DNA of 64,000 nt from Leucoraja erinacea (Eukaryota), in contig NC_073412.1 in assembly GCF_028641065.1 (NCBI RefSeq), positions 5,394,001 to 5,458,000 on the forward strand. The letters run 5' to 3'. The stretch's first letter is position 1. Each line of letters starts with the position of its first letter. Under the pieces are notes generated by a model, which saw only the letters and a program-made list of their open reading frames with translations, was not told the DNA's origin and did not search any database. The position numbers and the translations under genes are program-made. Of the stretch, positions 26,691-39,500 are shown piece by piece.

Positions 26691-28202
26691 GCATGAATGG
26701 AGCGAAGGAAATAGGCAACTCAGCAGGACAGGCAGCATCTCTAGACAGAAGGAATGGGTGAAGTTTTGAGTCGAGATCCTCCTTCAGCCTGAACTTGAGG
26801 CTGAGTTACTCCAGCATTCTGTGTCTATCTTGCATCTGCAGTTCCTCCCTACAAATTAATCGGATTTTTCTGGACTTTACCTTGCGCTAAACATTAAACC
26901 CTTTAAGTCAAGTCAAGTCAAGTTTATTCGTCACATACACTTACGAGGTGTGCAGTGAAATGAAAAGTGGCAATGCTCGCGGACTTTGTGCAAAAAGACA
27001 AACCAAACAAACAACCAAACAGAATCACATATTCTTTACATATTAAATATTGTGGGCGGATGGGAAAAAACAGCAATTTAAAAAAAAGCAGTATCCTGTA
27101 TCTGTCCTTTATCCTGTATCTGTACACTGTGGACTGCTTGACTGTAATCATGTGTATAATCTTTTTGCAGACTGGATAGCACGCAACAAAAAAGCTTTTC
27201 ACAGTATGAAGAAGTGTTTTGGGCCGAAGCGTTGAATATTTCCTTCGCTCCATAGATGCTGCTGCGCCCGCTGAGTTTCTCCAGCATTTTTGTGTAACTT
27301 CGATTTTCCAGCATCTGCAGTTCCTTCTTAAACAGCTTTTCACCATACCTTGGTACACGTGACAATAATAAACTAATCTGAACTCATTTGCCAATCAATT
27401 CAATGCAGCAATTGGAAACTTTACCAGCTTCAATCCCCAATTACACATGCAATTTAGGACATGTTGAGCGGTTGGAAGTTCCTTAGAATTTGCAGTATAA
27501 GAATTTCTGGACAACATTCCGAAAATAGCACTACCGAAAGCCACCTGGATCCCTTCACTCATTAGGAAAGACTTGATATACTATCCAACTTATCATACAC
27601 CTGTCTTTTCTTCCAGCAGGCTTTGAAAGTCCTCGTTTGTACCAACCTAGTTAAAATGTCTTGATTTATTCCATCTGCTCCGTCTATGCTCAACTTTAGC
27701 TGTGTCTGCACTATGGCCCTTCACCTGGACTTTTTGAGTTGAATACCTTTTTTTTTTAAATTAAGCCTCACTCATTTTGGTTCAAAAACATAGCCTGTCC
27801 TTGTCCATCTCGCGCTCAGAAATAAAAGCACACTCACCAAATGTCAGTGGAAGCAATCAATCATTTTGCTCCCAAAATGTGATTTCTTTTGATGTGTCGT
27901 GCTCATAAAAAATAAACAAAGCTCCGTATGTTTAAATGGATTTGCAAATTGTGTCGCTCTAGCTCCTCGTAAATGTCACTCCTAACATTTCCCTGATGTT
28001 AACACATTTGAACAAAACCCTGCTCCATATGTTTAAATGCCTTTAGTATCTCTCTCTCTTTCTGGTCATAAACCCCATGATCCTGACCTTAACAGTGATT
28101 ACATGAATACAAGGACCTAGATCTAGGATATCCATGATGGGATCCACTGATTCCAAGGAATCTGCAACATTAGTTGAACTGGGTAAAGATAGAATGCATA
28201 AT

Positions 28203-28365
28203 AGTTTAAGAAGGAACTGCAGATGCTGGAAAATCGAAGGTAGGCAAAAATGCTGGAGAAACTCAGCGGGTGCAGCAGCATGTATGGAGCGAAGGAAATA
28301 GGCAACGTTTCGGGCCAAAACCCTTCTTCAGACTGATGTGAGGGTGAGGGGGTTTGGGGTTGGGT

Positions 28366-28413
<48 letters not shown>

Positions 28414-28830
28414 GTGACAGGAAGAAGAAAGGAAGAGATGAAGCCAGTGGGCTGAGGGAGAGCTGAGAAGGGGAGGAGAAAGTAAGGACTACCTGAAATT
28501 AGACAAGTCAATGTTCATACCGCTGGGGTGCAGACTGCCCAAGCGAAATATGAGGTGCTGCTCCTCCAATTTACGGTGGGACTCACTCTGGCCATGAAGG
28601 AGGCACAGGACAGAAAGGTCGGATTCGGAATGGGAGGGGGTTGAGGTGCTGAGCCACCGGGAGATCAGGTTGTTTATTGCGAACCGAGCAGAGGTGTTCG
28701 GTGAAGCGATCGCCAAGCCTACGCTTGGTCTCGCCGATGTAGAGCAGCTGACATCTAGAACAGCGGATGCAATGGACGAGGTTGGCGGAGGTGCAGGTGA
28801 ACCTCTGGCGCACCTGGAACGACTGCATAA
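28203..28830 (-). mobile_element. Penelope-like retroelement 3' part: GIY-YIG endonuclease remnant, poly-C and terminal repeat with hammerhead core
   Basis: FTCTSANLVHCIRCSRCQLLYIGETKRRLGDRFTEH is the PLE GIY-YIG with CxxC. It is followed by ...EEQHLIFRLGSLHPSGMNID, then poly-C, ctgaagaagggttttggccc gaaacgtt, ending gcagttccttcttaaac. Confidence 0.92.
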
Positions 28831-29600
28831 TAGGTTTAGTTTAGAAATACAGCTTTGAAACAGGCCCTTCGGCCCACTGAACCCATACTGACCACGCACA
28901 CTAGTTCTAGATTATCCCATTTGCTCATCCACTAGGGTCAATTTACAGGGGTCCAATTAACCTGCAACTCCCCATGTCTTTGGGATGTGGGGGGAGGGGG
29001 GGGGGGAACTGGCAAGAGAACATGCAAACTCCACACAGACAGCACCCAAGGTCAGGATCGAACTGGGTCTCTGACGATCACCTACATTTTATATAGAAAC
29101 TGTTGCAAAGTTCTGGATAAATGGCATTATAATTCAGAAGCCTATTCCTGTTGAGGAATGCGTAAGCCACCACATCAAGCTTAATATTTCCCCATAAATA
29201 CTGGAAGCTGTGATAGGCTTCTCTGTGCCCATGATAAGACCACAACATTTTTTTCACTTATTTTTGATAACCAAATATATTAATGGATACTTGAGAACTC
29301 CGCTCATGTGAGGGTTATATTACAAAACAATCATAATATTACACAAAGGGGCCTAGTGCTAACCAGGATTAGTATTTACTTATTAAAAGGTATACCTTTA
29401 TACAAGATCTTACCCTTTGCCAAAGTTTCAATGGAAAGTTAACAACTCTGTGAAATTGACTTATGGTCTTGCTGCTTAAAAAATGCAAGGATATAAAAAG
29501 TCATACTGTACCTCTAAAAATTATAGCAGATTAAATCAATTAGTATTTGAAATTTCAAGATCTGGATGATTATTTTTGTAACATTGATATACCATAGTGG

Positions 29601-30099
29601 NNNNNNNNNNNNNNNNNNNNNNNNNNNNNNNNNNNNNNNNNNNNNNNNNNNNNNNNNNNNNNNNNNNNNNNNNNNNNNNNNNNNNNNNNNNNNNNNNNNN
29701 NNNNNNNNNNNNNNNNNNNNNNNNNNNNNNNNNNNNNNNNNNNNNNNNNNNNNNNNNNNNNNNNNNNNNNNNNNNNNNNNNNNNNNNNNNNNNNNNNNNN
29801 NNNNNNNNNNNNNNNNNNNNNNNNNNNNNNNNNNNNNNNNNNNNNNNNNNNNNNNNNNNNNNNNNNNNNNNNNNNNNNNNNNNNNNNNNNNNNNNNNNNN
29901 NNNNNNNNNNNNNNNNNNNNNNNNNNNNNNNNNNNNNNNNNNNNNNNNNNNNNNNNNNNNNNNNNNNNNNNNNNNNNNNNNNNNNNNNNNNNNNNNNNNN
30001 NNNNNNNNNNNNNNNNNNNNNNNNNNNNNNNNNNNNNNNNNNNNNNNNNNNNNNNNNNNNNNNNNNNNNNNNNNNNNNNNNNNNNNNNNNNNNNNNNNN
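29601..30099. other. Assembly gap
   Basis: Run of N. Confidence 1.
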
Positions 30100-30667
30100 T
30101 TTGTCGTTTAGCAAAGACAATTGCAGAATCCTTTCTGGGAACATTAATCCACATGGAAGTATTTCGAAGGCACTTTCAATAGCGAGCAATTCAAACAATA
30201 TTTTGTATATCTAGCAATTGTTGCAATTATCCCGAGTCAGTTTCAAGGCGATATCCCTGGCGATGATTGGAATGAAAGATCCGTTTAGCTTGAAAGCAGC
30301 GAGCATCAAGTTGAAAGATGTTTGCAATCTTGCAACGTTGTCTTTTCGTCTTCATCTTTGGTTTCCGCGCCCAGGCCCCGCAATAAAGAAAACAATTCAG
30401 CTGTAGAGGTCAAAGAAGGGGGGGGGGGGGGGGCTGGGACAGATCGCAAAGACCATTTTTTTCAAGAAGGTTACCTAATAAAACTGTTCTCCAGCGTGGA
30501 GTCGTGCAGGAAATGGCATTGTTCAATAAAGAGGATTTACAACGCGGCCGTTTTAGGAACTCGTGTTCAAAAAGGAACTGTGCAGATGCTGGGAAAATCG
30601 AAGGTAGACAAAAATGCTGGAGAAACCCAGCGGGTGCAGCAGCATCTATGGAGCGAAGGAAATAGGC

Positions 30668-30695
30668 AACGTTTCGGGCCGAAACCCTTCTTCAG
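30668..30695 (-). ncRNA. Minimal type I hammerhead ribozyme core in Penelope terminal repeat
   Basis: CUGAAGA-A-GGG(UUUCGG)CCC-GAAA-C-GUU on the - strand. Confidence 0.65.
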
Positions 30696-31014
30696 ACTGC
30701 CGTTATAACTAGAGCTAGAACTGAGGTTAAAATAATATTGGAAGGGTTGGAATAGTGAAGAACTTGTAGGAAGGAACTGCAGATGGTGGAACGATAGTAT
30801 GTTTAAATCAGTAGTATTGTTGCCTAAAATATCCGCTGAATATATCCAGCAACCTCATTGTTTTCAGATGAAACCTCGACGTTGTCTCTCTCTCTACAGA
30901 TGCTGCCTAACATCCTGAGCATTCCTATCATTCTGACAGCTGGCCTCTTTTAATAACTTGTCCCTTACCAACAAACTCCTGCGTATAAAAACAAACTTCT
31001 AACCGCTGATGGAA

Positions 31015-31806
31015 ACATAGGGGGGAAATGGTGCAGGAGTAGGCCGTTCGGCCCTTCGAGCCAGCGCCGCCAGTCATGGCCTGTTTCCGTGCTGTAATTG
31101 TTATATGGTTATATGGTTATAATATGATCATGGCTGATCATTCAAAATCAGTAGCTAGACAAAAGTGCTGGAGAAACTCAGCGGGCGAGGCAGCATCTAT
31201 GGAGCGAAGGAAATAGGCAACGTTTCGTCCCGAAACGTTGCCTATTTCCTTCGCTCCATAGATGCTGCCTCACCCTCTGAGTTTCTCCAGCACTTTTGTC
31301 CACCTTCGATTTTCCAGCATCTGGAGTTCCTTCTTGAACATTCAAAAATCAGTACCCTGTTCCTGCTTTTCCCCCATATTACTAAGAGCTATATCTAAAT
31401 GTCCCTGTCCCACTTAGGAAACCTGAACGGAAACCTCTGGAGACTTTGCGCCCCACCCAAGGTTTCCGTGTGGTTCCTGGAGGTTTTTGTCAGTCTCCCT
31501 ACCTGCTTCCACTACCTGCAACCTCCGGGAACCGCACGGAAACCTTGGGTGGGGCGCAAAGTCTCCAGATGTCTCCGTTCAGGTTTCCTAAGTGGGACAG
31601 ACAGGGGCATAACTCTCTCTTGAACTCTTTTCGATGAGAAAATCATTTTTTTACACAGAGAGTGGTGAATCTGTGGAATTCTCTGCCACAGAAGGTAGTT
31701 GAGGCCACAGTTCATTGGCTATATTTAAGAGGGAGTTAGATGTGGTCCTTGTGGCTAAAGGGATCAGGGTGTATGGAGAGAAGGCAGGTACGGGATACTG
31801 AGTGGG

Positions 31807-31839
<33 letters not shown>

Positions 31840-32150
31840 CATTTTATTTATGGGCGCCTTTCAAGAGTCTCAAGGACACCTTACAAAAATTTAGCAAGTA
31901 GAGGAAAAACATGTAAGGGGAATGAAATAAATAGTAGAGACATGACTAGTACACAAATTAAAGACAGAATTCAATTCAAAACACAATATGAGGCAATTCA
32001 AGCACAGATGAAAAGGGAGGGAGACGTGGGGCTAAGGATAGGCAGAGGTGAAGAGATCAGCCATGATCATATTGAATGGCGGTGCAGGCTCGAAGGGCAG
32101 AATGGCCTACTCCTGCACCTATTTTCTATGTTTCTATATTTCTATGTTTC
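31015..32150. mobile_element. Nested cluster: CR1 tails containing a Penelope fold-back (about 31155-31338), a palindromic MITE (31399-31610) and a (TAA)n-tailed insert
   Basis: The CR1 3' UTR is split at cattcaaaatcagta (duplicated). MITE TIRs are atg.ccctgtcccactt and aagtgggacag..gggcat. Confidence 0.8.
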
Positions 32151-33087
32151 TTCATTAAAAATATTTTTTTTTTTCTTTATTAAACTCGTTTTTGGATCAT
32201 CCCCGGACCACGCCAATGTGCTTCATGTGCAGCGAGGCGCCGCTGACTTGTAGCCACTGCTAACAACTTCACATTTACCAACTTGACTAAACGTAACCAA
32301 AATATTGGAGCAATTCCAAGTTGCAATGTGGACGCCACGATGAGACAACTAATACCTCTGTGTGTGTGTGTGTGTGTTGCAGCGGTTGGCTGCCCCCTTT
32401 CTTGCGCCCACTCGCTGATTAACAACAATGTGATCTCAGAGCGCAAGTCGGCCGCTTTCAGACACTGTTCAGAGTGAATGCCCTTGCTTTTAAGAGTCGC
32501 TTTCGATTACAAGTCTCTTGACTATTGGCGATAAGGCTTAAATAGTGTCGTAAATTACAGGCAGGCACCTTTAAACACAAGAGTTCCCTTGGGCAGAGAG
32601 GGAAGGGAAAAAATCGTTACCAGGTTCAGGGAAAAGTGCATTTGATGGAACAATTTATGGAATGGGTCGTACAAATCACCGCGATAAATGCCCCCCACCC
32701 CCACACAAAAAAAATATCATTCAATATCAATGTCCGCGCGTTAAAATATGTCATCTTGATATCTGCTTTGTGATTGCGTATCGGCCAATGTACTCTATTG
32801 ACGGGACATTATCTTATCCCACGCGATATCACACACCAAATATCAGACCAAATTACTTGCAAAAGGCTTTCCCTGCCTCCCGGCCAAGCGTGCGAAATAT
32901 TCTGAGAATGATTCAGACTTCACACCCAGCAGGTCCCAACGACGCGGCTTCAAGTTAGTAGCGTTAAATTGTCAATGTTCCCCATCAAAGGCCAACTAAT
33001 GGAATCACCTCTTTTATTTTCAAATCCTACACACAAAACAAAATAGTTCTCCATCAATGTGTTTACTAAAATAACCAAGAGGTTTAA

Positions 33088-33350
33088 GAATAATAATACT
33101 ACTAATAATAATACTACTACTAATAATAATCATACTAATAATAATACTACTAATAATAATACTAATAATAATACTACTACTAATAAGACTAATAATAATA
33201 CGAATACTACTAATAATAATATCAATATTAGTACGAATAGTAATAATACTAATACTAATACTAATAATAATAACAATACTACTACTAATAATAATAATAA
33301 TACTAATATTAATACTAATACTAATAACAATACTAATCATAATACAATTA
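33088..33350. repeat. Degenerate (TAA/TAC)n microsatellite
   Basis: Directly visible trinucleotide repeat. Confidence 0.95.
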
Positions 33351-33520
33351 TTAGCCAAGTATTTTGCATATGCAGAAGCTAGAATATTGATGGAAATACA
33401 AAATACTGGAGTAACTCAGCGGGTCAGGCAGCATCTCTGGAGAACATGGATAGGCCATGTTTCGGGTCGAGACGCATCTGCAGACTGAGAGTCGGGGAGA
33501 GGGAGACCAGCATCTGCAGT

Positions 33521-33548
33521 CTGAAGAAGGGTTTCGGTCCGAAACGTT
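33521..33548 (+). ncRNA. Minimal hammerhead ribozyme core in Penelope terminal repeat
   Basis: ctgaagaagggtttcggtccgaaacgtt. Confidence 0.6.
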
Positions 33549-33884
33549 GCCTATTTCCTTCGCTCCATAGATGCTGCTGCACCCGCTGAGTTTCTCCAGC
33601 ATTTTTGTGTACCTTCGATTTTCCAGCATCTGCAGTTCCTTCTTAAACACATCTGCAGTTCCTTCCTATTGAAGAAGAACACTGGCCCGAAACAACTCCC
33701 AATCCATTCCCTCCACAGATGCCGCTTAGCCCGCCGAGTTCCTCCAGCACTCTGTGTTTTTTTTTAATTTAACTCTGAATTTGACAAAATTGCTGGAGTA
33801 ACTCAGCGGGACAGGCAGCATCTGTGGAGAGAAGGAATGGGTGACGTTTCGTGTCGAGACCCTTCTTCAGCATTGCCCGTGCAT

Positions 33885-34130
33885 NNNNNNNNNNNNNNNN
33901 NNNNNNNNNNNNNNNNNNNNNNNNNNNNNNNNNNNNNNNNNNNNNNNNNNNNNNNNNNNNNNNNNNNNNNNNNNNNNNNNNNNNNNNNNNNNNNNNNNNN
34001 NNNNNNNNNNNNNNNNNNNNNNNNNNNNNNNNNNNNNNNNNNNNNNNNNNNNNNNNNNNNNNNNNNNNNNNNNNNNNNNNNNNNNNNNNNNNNNNNNNNN
34101 NNNNNNNNNNNNNNNNNNNNNNNNNNNNNN
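33885..34130. other. Assembly gap
   Basis: Run of N. Confidence 1.
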
Positions 34131-34633
34131 AGTTAGTGCCAGCGTGCACGCCCGGGAGACGAGGAGGTCTGCCTCGGGGTCTATATTCCCAGTGACCAGA
34201 ATTCTTCCAACTTCCGTGGACCCCCAGCTGAACCCAGCTCCAAAATAGATTCCAAATGTGAAACCCGAAACGATGCCACTTGATACAAATCCCCATAAAA
34301 AAAAAACGAGGGAATCCACAAGCAACGAACAACTCATTTATCTTCAACGAAAGACACTTAAAAAAAAAATGAATGCACGCCCCAGTCTTTCTGACCTGTT
34401 GATGTATAAATCTCCACATTATTTTGTAAACTGGACGTTAGTTGTTTAGTCTCATTGTCAGGGACATTACGAAATGGACTCGAAATGAACGCGATGAAAC
34501 ACTAGTCATTAACTGACGGAAGCCTGCTTTAATTGTTGATTATATGAAATGTACTGCCGATATGCATCCAATATTCATATACATGAAATTAACGGGTCTC
34601 CTGAAGAAACGTTCCCGGAACACCCGATTGTGT

Positions 34634-34804
34634 TTAAGAAGGAACTGCGGATGCTGGAAAATCGAAGGTAGACAAAAATGCTGGAGAAACTCAGCGGGTG
34701 CAGCAGCATCTATGGAGCGAAGGAAATAGGCAGCGAAACGTTGCCTATTTCCTTCGCTCCATAGATGCTGCTGCACCCGCTGAGTTTCTCCAGCATTTTT
34801 GTGT
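34634..34804. mobile_element. Penelope-derived fold-back insert with 14 bp TSD
   Basis: Direct repeat acacccgattgtgt at 34620-34633 and 34805-34818. Confidence 0.85.
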
Positions 34805-35071
34805 ACACCCGATTGTGTATTCGGACAGTAATTTATCACGAGACTCAAATTGTAAAGTACCCAGACATTCAGCTGCAAGCCACAAGTACTGGTGTGTGGA
34901 AAGGAACTGCAGATGCTGGTTTACACCAAAGATAGACACAACATGCTGGAGTAACTCAGCGGGACAGGCAACATCTCTGCAGAGAAGGAATGGGTGACGT
35001 TTCGTGCCGAGACCCTTCTTCAGAAAATCACAAGTACTCTCACCCCGATGTTCAGTTCAGTTCAGTTCAGT

Positions 35072-35099
35072 CTGAAGAAGGGTCTCGACCCGAAACGTC
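35072..35099 (+). ncRNA. Minimal hammerhead ribozyme core with GUC triplet (subfamily 2); inverted partner at 34996-35023
   Basis: CUGAAGA-A-GGGU(CUCG)ACCC-GAAA-C-GUC. Confidence 0.65.
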
Positions 35100-36274
35100 A
35101 CCCATTCCTTCTCTCCAGAGATGCTGCTGCCTGTCCCGCTGAGTTACTCCAGCAATTTGCGTCTAATTTGCATCTGCAGTTCCTTCCCACACTGTCTGCG
35201 CTCTCTGTTGTGCTTTCGCGCGGTACAGTGCAGTGCCCAATATCCCAACCCTAATGAAACCAATGTTTAAACGAAGTTCAACACATTTGTACCCTCCCTG
35301 CACCTTCAGTTCCAAACCCATGCAAATGGTTGGCATTGTTGATACTGCATATTTTTTTTACATTTTCCCCTATCACCCTAAGTGTATTTCCTACTGGAAA
35401 GCAGAATATAGTTGAAGCGGTCGGTTGGATCAAACTAAAAGCTAGCTCCGAAATGTCTTTAATTTCGCCCAATGCATTTGATAAAAGGTGTTCTCTACAA
35501 CTGACCCACTTTTCCAACCCGCTGGAAATCGCCGATCAGTCCTGTCATATCACTGAACCGACTCAGGGAGCTAAGATATTCTTTTTTTAAAAACAGTAAT
35601 CATCTTTCTTCTGGTTTCTCGATTCACACCCAAAGGACTACTGGCCTTCAAGAATGCACGGTGGTGTGTATGTAGTGTGATGGTCGAAATATAATTGTTA
35701 CAGCGAACTCCCTTTGGCGTCAATGGGTATGTAACCAGTTTGGATCATCATTTTGTTAAATCAACCGAAAGTTCCAATCACTTATGTTGTATTCAGGAAA
35801 GTCCAAAAGGAAAATTACAAATATATATATTACAGCGACTGGACTATCGCTATTGGCAAACCCGGGGTGATACTACTAATTGTACATTAGGGTGCTGTAG
35901 AACAAGCCTGTTTGGTGGAGGGGGGTGGGGGGTGCGAATCTGTGGCCGTATTTTCAACATATATCCGCGCATTAGAAAGGGCTTGGGGTGGGAGATTGCA
36001 ACCTTCACGTGGTCCGCCCTGTTTCAACGAATGCAATCAACCTGGCGTGCACACTCAAATAAGATCAAATTGAACAAGTTGTCCTACAACTTTAGGCAGT
36101 GCACGCCACACGCAAGAAGAAGAAGAAAGGGCATCTGGTGTAAATATATAAGGGCATAGTTCCGCATAACAATATTAGATCTGGTAGGATATTCTGGACA
36201 AGCCTTGCCCGCATGTTCGCTGTGTTTTATAATGGTGCACCACACTATAACGTTTCATTAGAACTGAGAAAAGT

Positions 36275-36610
36275 TTAGTTTAGTTTAGTTTGGTGTTGGA
36301 GCGTGGAAAAGGGCCCTTCGGCCCATCGAGTCCATGCCGACCATCGATCACCCGTTCTCTCTAGTTCTACGTTATACCGCGTTCTCATCCACTCCCTACA
36401 CTCTGGGGGGGGGAGGGGGGGGAGATAGGGGGGCAATTTACATCGATCAATTAACCTACAAACCCGCACGTCTTTGGGACATGGAAGGAAACCGGAGCGC
36501 CCGGAGGAAACACACACGGTCACAGGGAGACCGTGCAAACTCCACACAGACACAGCACCCGAGGTCAGGATTGAACCCGGGTCAACGGCTCTACCACTGT
36601 GCCGCCAAAG
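36275..36610 (-). mobile_element. tRNA-derived SINE (HE1-like)
   Basis: (tttag)n tail, shared body and reverse B-box ggattgaacccgg. Confidence 0.8.
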
Positions 36611-36854
36611 TTCATCGATTTGAAACGTTAACTTCAATCAGAAGAACAGAACAAATGGCGGAAATTTCCAGCATGGTCGGATTTTATTGCAGATTCTCAA
36701 CGCTGCCCCGAGTACACACGGGGAGTTATTAAAGTTTCCCAAATCAGGCCAAATGCCATTCCACATCTTATAAGAAACAGTGTCTGTCCTGCCTGCCTAA
36801 AGGTTACACTATAGAGGAGACACAAGGAATAGTAGATGCTGGTTAACAAACACA

Positions 36855-37600
36855 CGTGATATTTGACTGAGCACTGAAACTTGACAAACAAGTCAATGCC
36901 GTGGTAAAAACTAGCTACTTTCAGCTTCGGATGATAGCTAAAATAAAACTATTTCTCCAGTTTGATGACCTGGAAAAGATCATCCACACATTCATCTCCT
37001 CCCGCCTAGATTACTGCAACTCCCTTTACACTGGCATCAGCCAATCTTCCCTGTCCCGCCTGCAACTGGTCCAAAACGCCGCAGCGAGACTCCTGACGGG
37101 CACCCGAAAAAGGGACCACATCACCCCGATCCTGGCCTCTCTCCACTGGCTCCCTGTGCGGTTCCGTATAAACTTCAAGATCCTCATCCATGTCCACAAA
37201 GCCCTCAATGGGCTTGCCCCCTCCTACATAAAAAGTCTTCTCACCCACCACTCCACCTCCAGGCCCCTCAGATCGGCCGACTTGGGGCTGCTGAATATCC
37301 CGCGGTCTAGGCATAAGCTCAGGGGCGACCGTGCCTTTGCGGTTGCAGCTCCTAGACTGTGGAACAGCAGCATCCCCCTTCCCATCAGAACGAACAACCC
37401 CCTCCATCGACTCCTTTAAGTCAAGACTAAAGACTTATCTATACTCCTAAGCCTTTCCTGACGTCCTCTGAGTGAAGGCTACATGTATATATGTATGTAG
37501 TCTGTTTTGTTGTGCTATTCTTATAACGAATGTAAAGCACTTTGGCCAACGAGAGTTGTTTTTTAAATGTGCTATATAAATAAACGTGACTTGTGACTTG
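36855..37600 (+). mobile_element. L2-type LINE, 5'-truncated
   Basis: ORF 36901-37419 (IHTFISSRLDYCNSLY...LQLVQNAAARLLT...HITPILASLHWLPVRFRINFKIL) is the L2 ORF2 C-terminus. The tail is gtaaagcactttg...tatataaataaa. Confidence 0.92.
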
Positions 37601-37899
37601 ACAAAAAAACACACGCAAAATGCTGGAGTAACTCAGCGGGTCAGGCAGCATCTCTGGAGAACATGGATAGATAGGTGACGTTTCGAGACGCGATACCGCT
37701 CCAGAAGGTTACACTAAGTTGTTGGAGAAACGGAGGGAAAGGAATGGAGGGTTATGGTCTGAGTGCAGGTAGATTGGACTAGGGGAAAATAAGTGTTCGG
37801 CACGGACTTGAAGGGCCGAGATGGCCTGTTTCGGTGCTGTAATTGTTATATGGTTATAAATAGTATATTCCTCTATTAACGCGTGAATTTCCCTCTCAA

Positions 37900-38085
37900 G
37901 GGTAGACAAAAATGCTGGAGAAACTCAGCGGGTGAGGCAGCATCTATGGAGCGAAGGAAATAGGCAACGTTTCGTCCCGAAACGTTGCCTATTTCCTTCG
38001 CTCCATAGATGCTGCCTCGCCCGCTGAGTTTCTCCAGCATTTTTGTCTGCCCACGATTTTCCAGCATCTGCAGTTCCTTCATAAA
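37900..38085. mobile_element. Penelope-derived fold-back insert
   Basis: Arms meet at ggcaacgtttcgtcccgaaacgttgcc. Confidence 0.85.
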
Positions 38086-39259
38086 AAATTCCCCCTCAAA
38101 CCTTACTTATGCTATGTGTGTGTGTGTGTGTGTGTGTTTTTTTACTTTTGAATTAACGTTAATTTCTGAAGCCACACAGTTCCTGCTGTTTCTCACTGCT
38201 CCTGAAAATGTTTGGATGGGTCTCTTACATGGCTTCCCAGTCTTGGCAGCGTCCACACGTGTTCTGACCGTTGTGGGGTTAGGACTTACTGTGGCTCCAT
38301 CAACGCTCCCAGCTCTTCACCTTTTCCCGATATTACTGTTATTTATCATGGGGTCAACTCCACTTAGATCAACGCCGCCAGATACTCTCCCAACTTCTCA
38401 TCCTTAAAGTAGCTCTTTCTTCCCAAATAACCCTCTCCTGCTTAAGCCCTCCCTTCACCACCTCCAGTTTAAATTCCATTTGGAATATTTTGGAGGACCA
38501 AGAAACAAGAATCCTCTTTATTCGAAAGACTGTTACATTCAATTTGATTTCAGGGGAGACGACGACGAGATATTCTAGTCACCACGACCACCGGTGGTCC
38601 TCTCTCTCAAAGACCGGGGCAGATCTTTCGTATAATTCACTACTTTTAACTGATGGAAAATTGAAATGCAAATCCTAACTAACTATGTTTGTTATGCTAA
38701 ATCTTCTGGTGGAGGGAGGAGGGGGAGGGGGAGGGGGGAGAGCTTAAATGTCAAACATAGAAACATAGAATATGGGTGCAGGAGGAGGCCATTCGGCCAT
38801 TCGAGCCAGCACCGCCATTCATTGCGATCATGGCTGATCGTCCCCAATCAATATCCTGTGCCTCCCCTTTTCCCCAATTCCACTAGCCCCTAGAGCTCTA
38901 GAAACATATTAAGGGTTTCCTTTTTATTTGCATTGTGTTCCCAATAACAAAGCAATGATGCATTCTGTAGATCATCGCGCCAGGGCGAATTCTACACGGA
39001 GTTACAATAATGTTTTAACAATTGTGGCTGTACTTCCCTCAAATGCGTTGTTGTTGTGTGGTTATATCAACTGACAATCACTGTACACAGTCTACACTTC
39101 TGAAGAGTACTATCCCTGCAGACCCATTTCACAAGGATCTTGCAAACAACGGGCCAACTTGCCACACATCCTCTCCGATTTGCCACACCTTGACCCAAAA
39201 CTTCAACAAATCAGCTTAATTGCTCAAATAAATTGAAACTAAACAGGAAATAAATAGTG

Positions 39260-39500
39260 TTTAAGAAGGAACTGCAGATGCTGGAAATTGCCTGCCACTA
39301 TTTGTTTCCTAGGTACACAAAAATGCTGGAGTAACTCAGGCGGGTGCAGCAGCATCTGTGGAGCGAAGGAAATCGGCTATAGGAAATAGGGAACGTTTCG
39401 GGCCGAAACCCGAGGGTTTCGGCCCGAAACGTTGCCTATTTCCTTCGCTCCATAGATGCTGCTGAACCCGCTGAGTTTCTCCAGCATTTTTTGTGTACCT
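39260..39500. mobile_element. Penelope-derived fold-back insert with captured host flank
   Basis: TSD aggaaa(t/c)aaatagtg at 39245-39259 and 39501-39515. Confidence 0.85.

Noticed and set aside
33020-33382. Asn/Thr-rich and Ile/Leu-rich ORFs
   Set aside because: Translation of a (TAA/TAC)n microsatellite.
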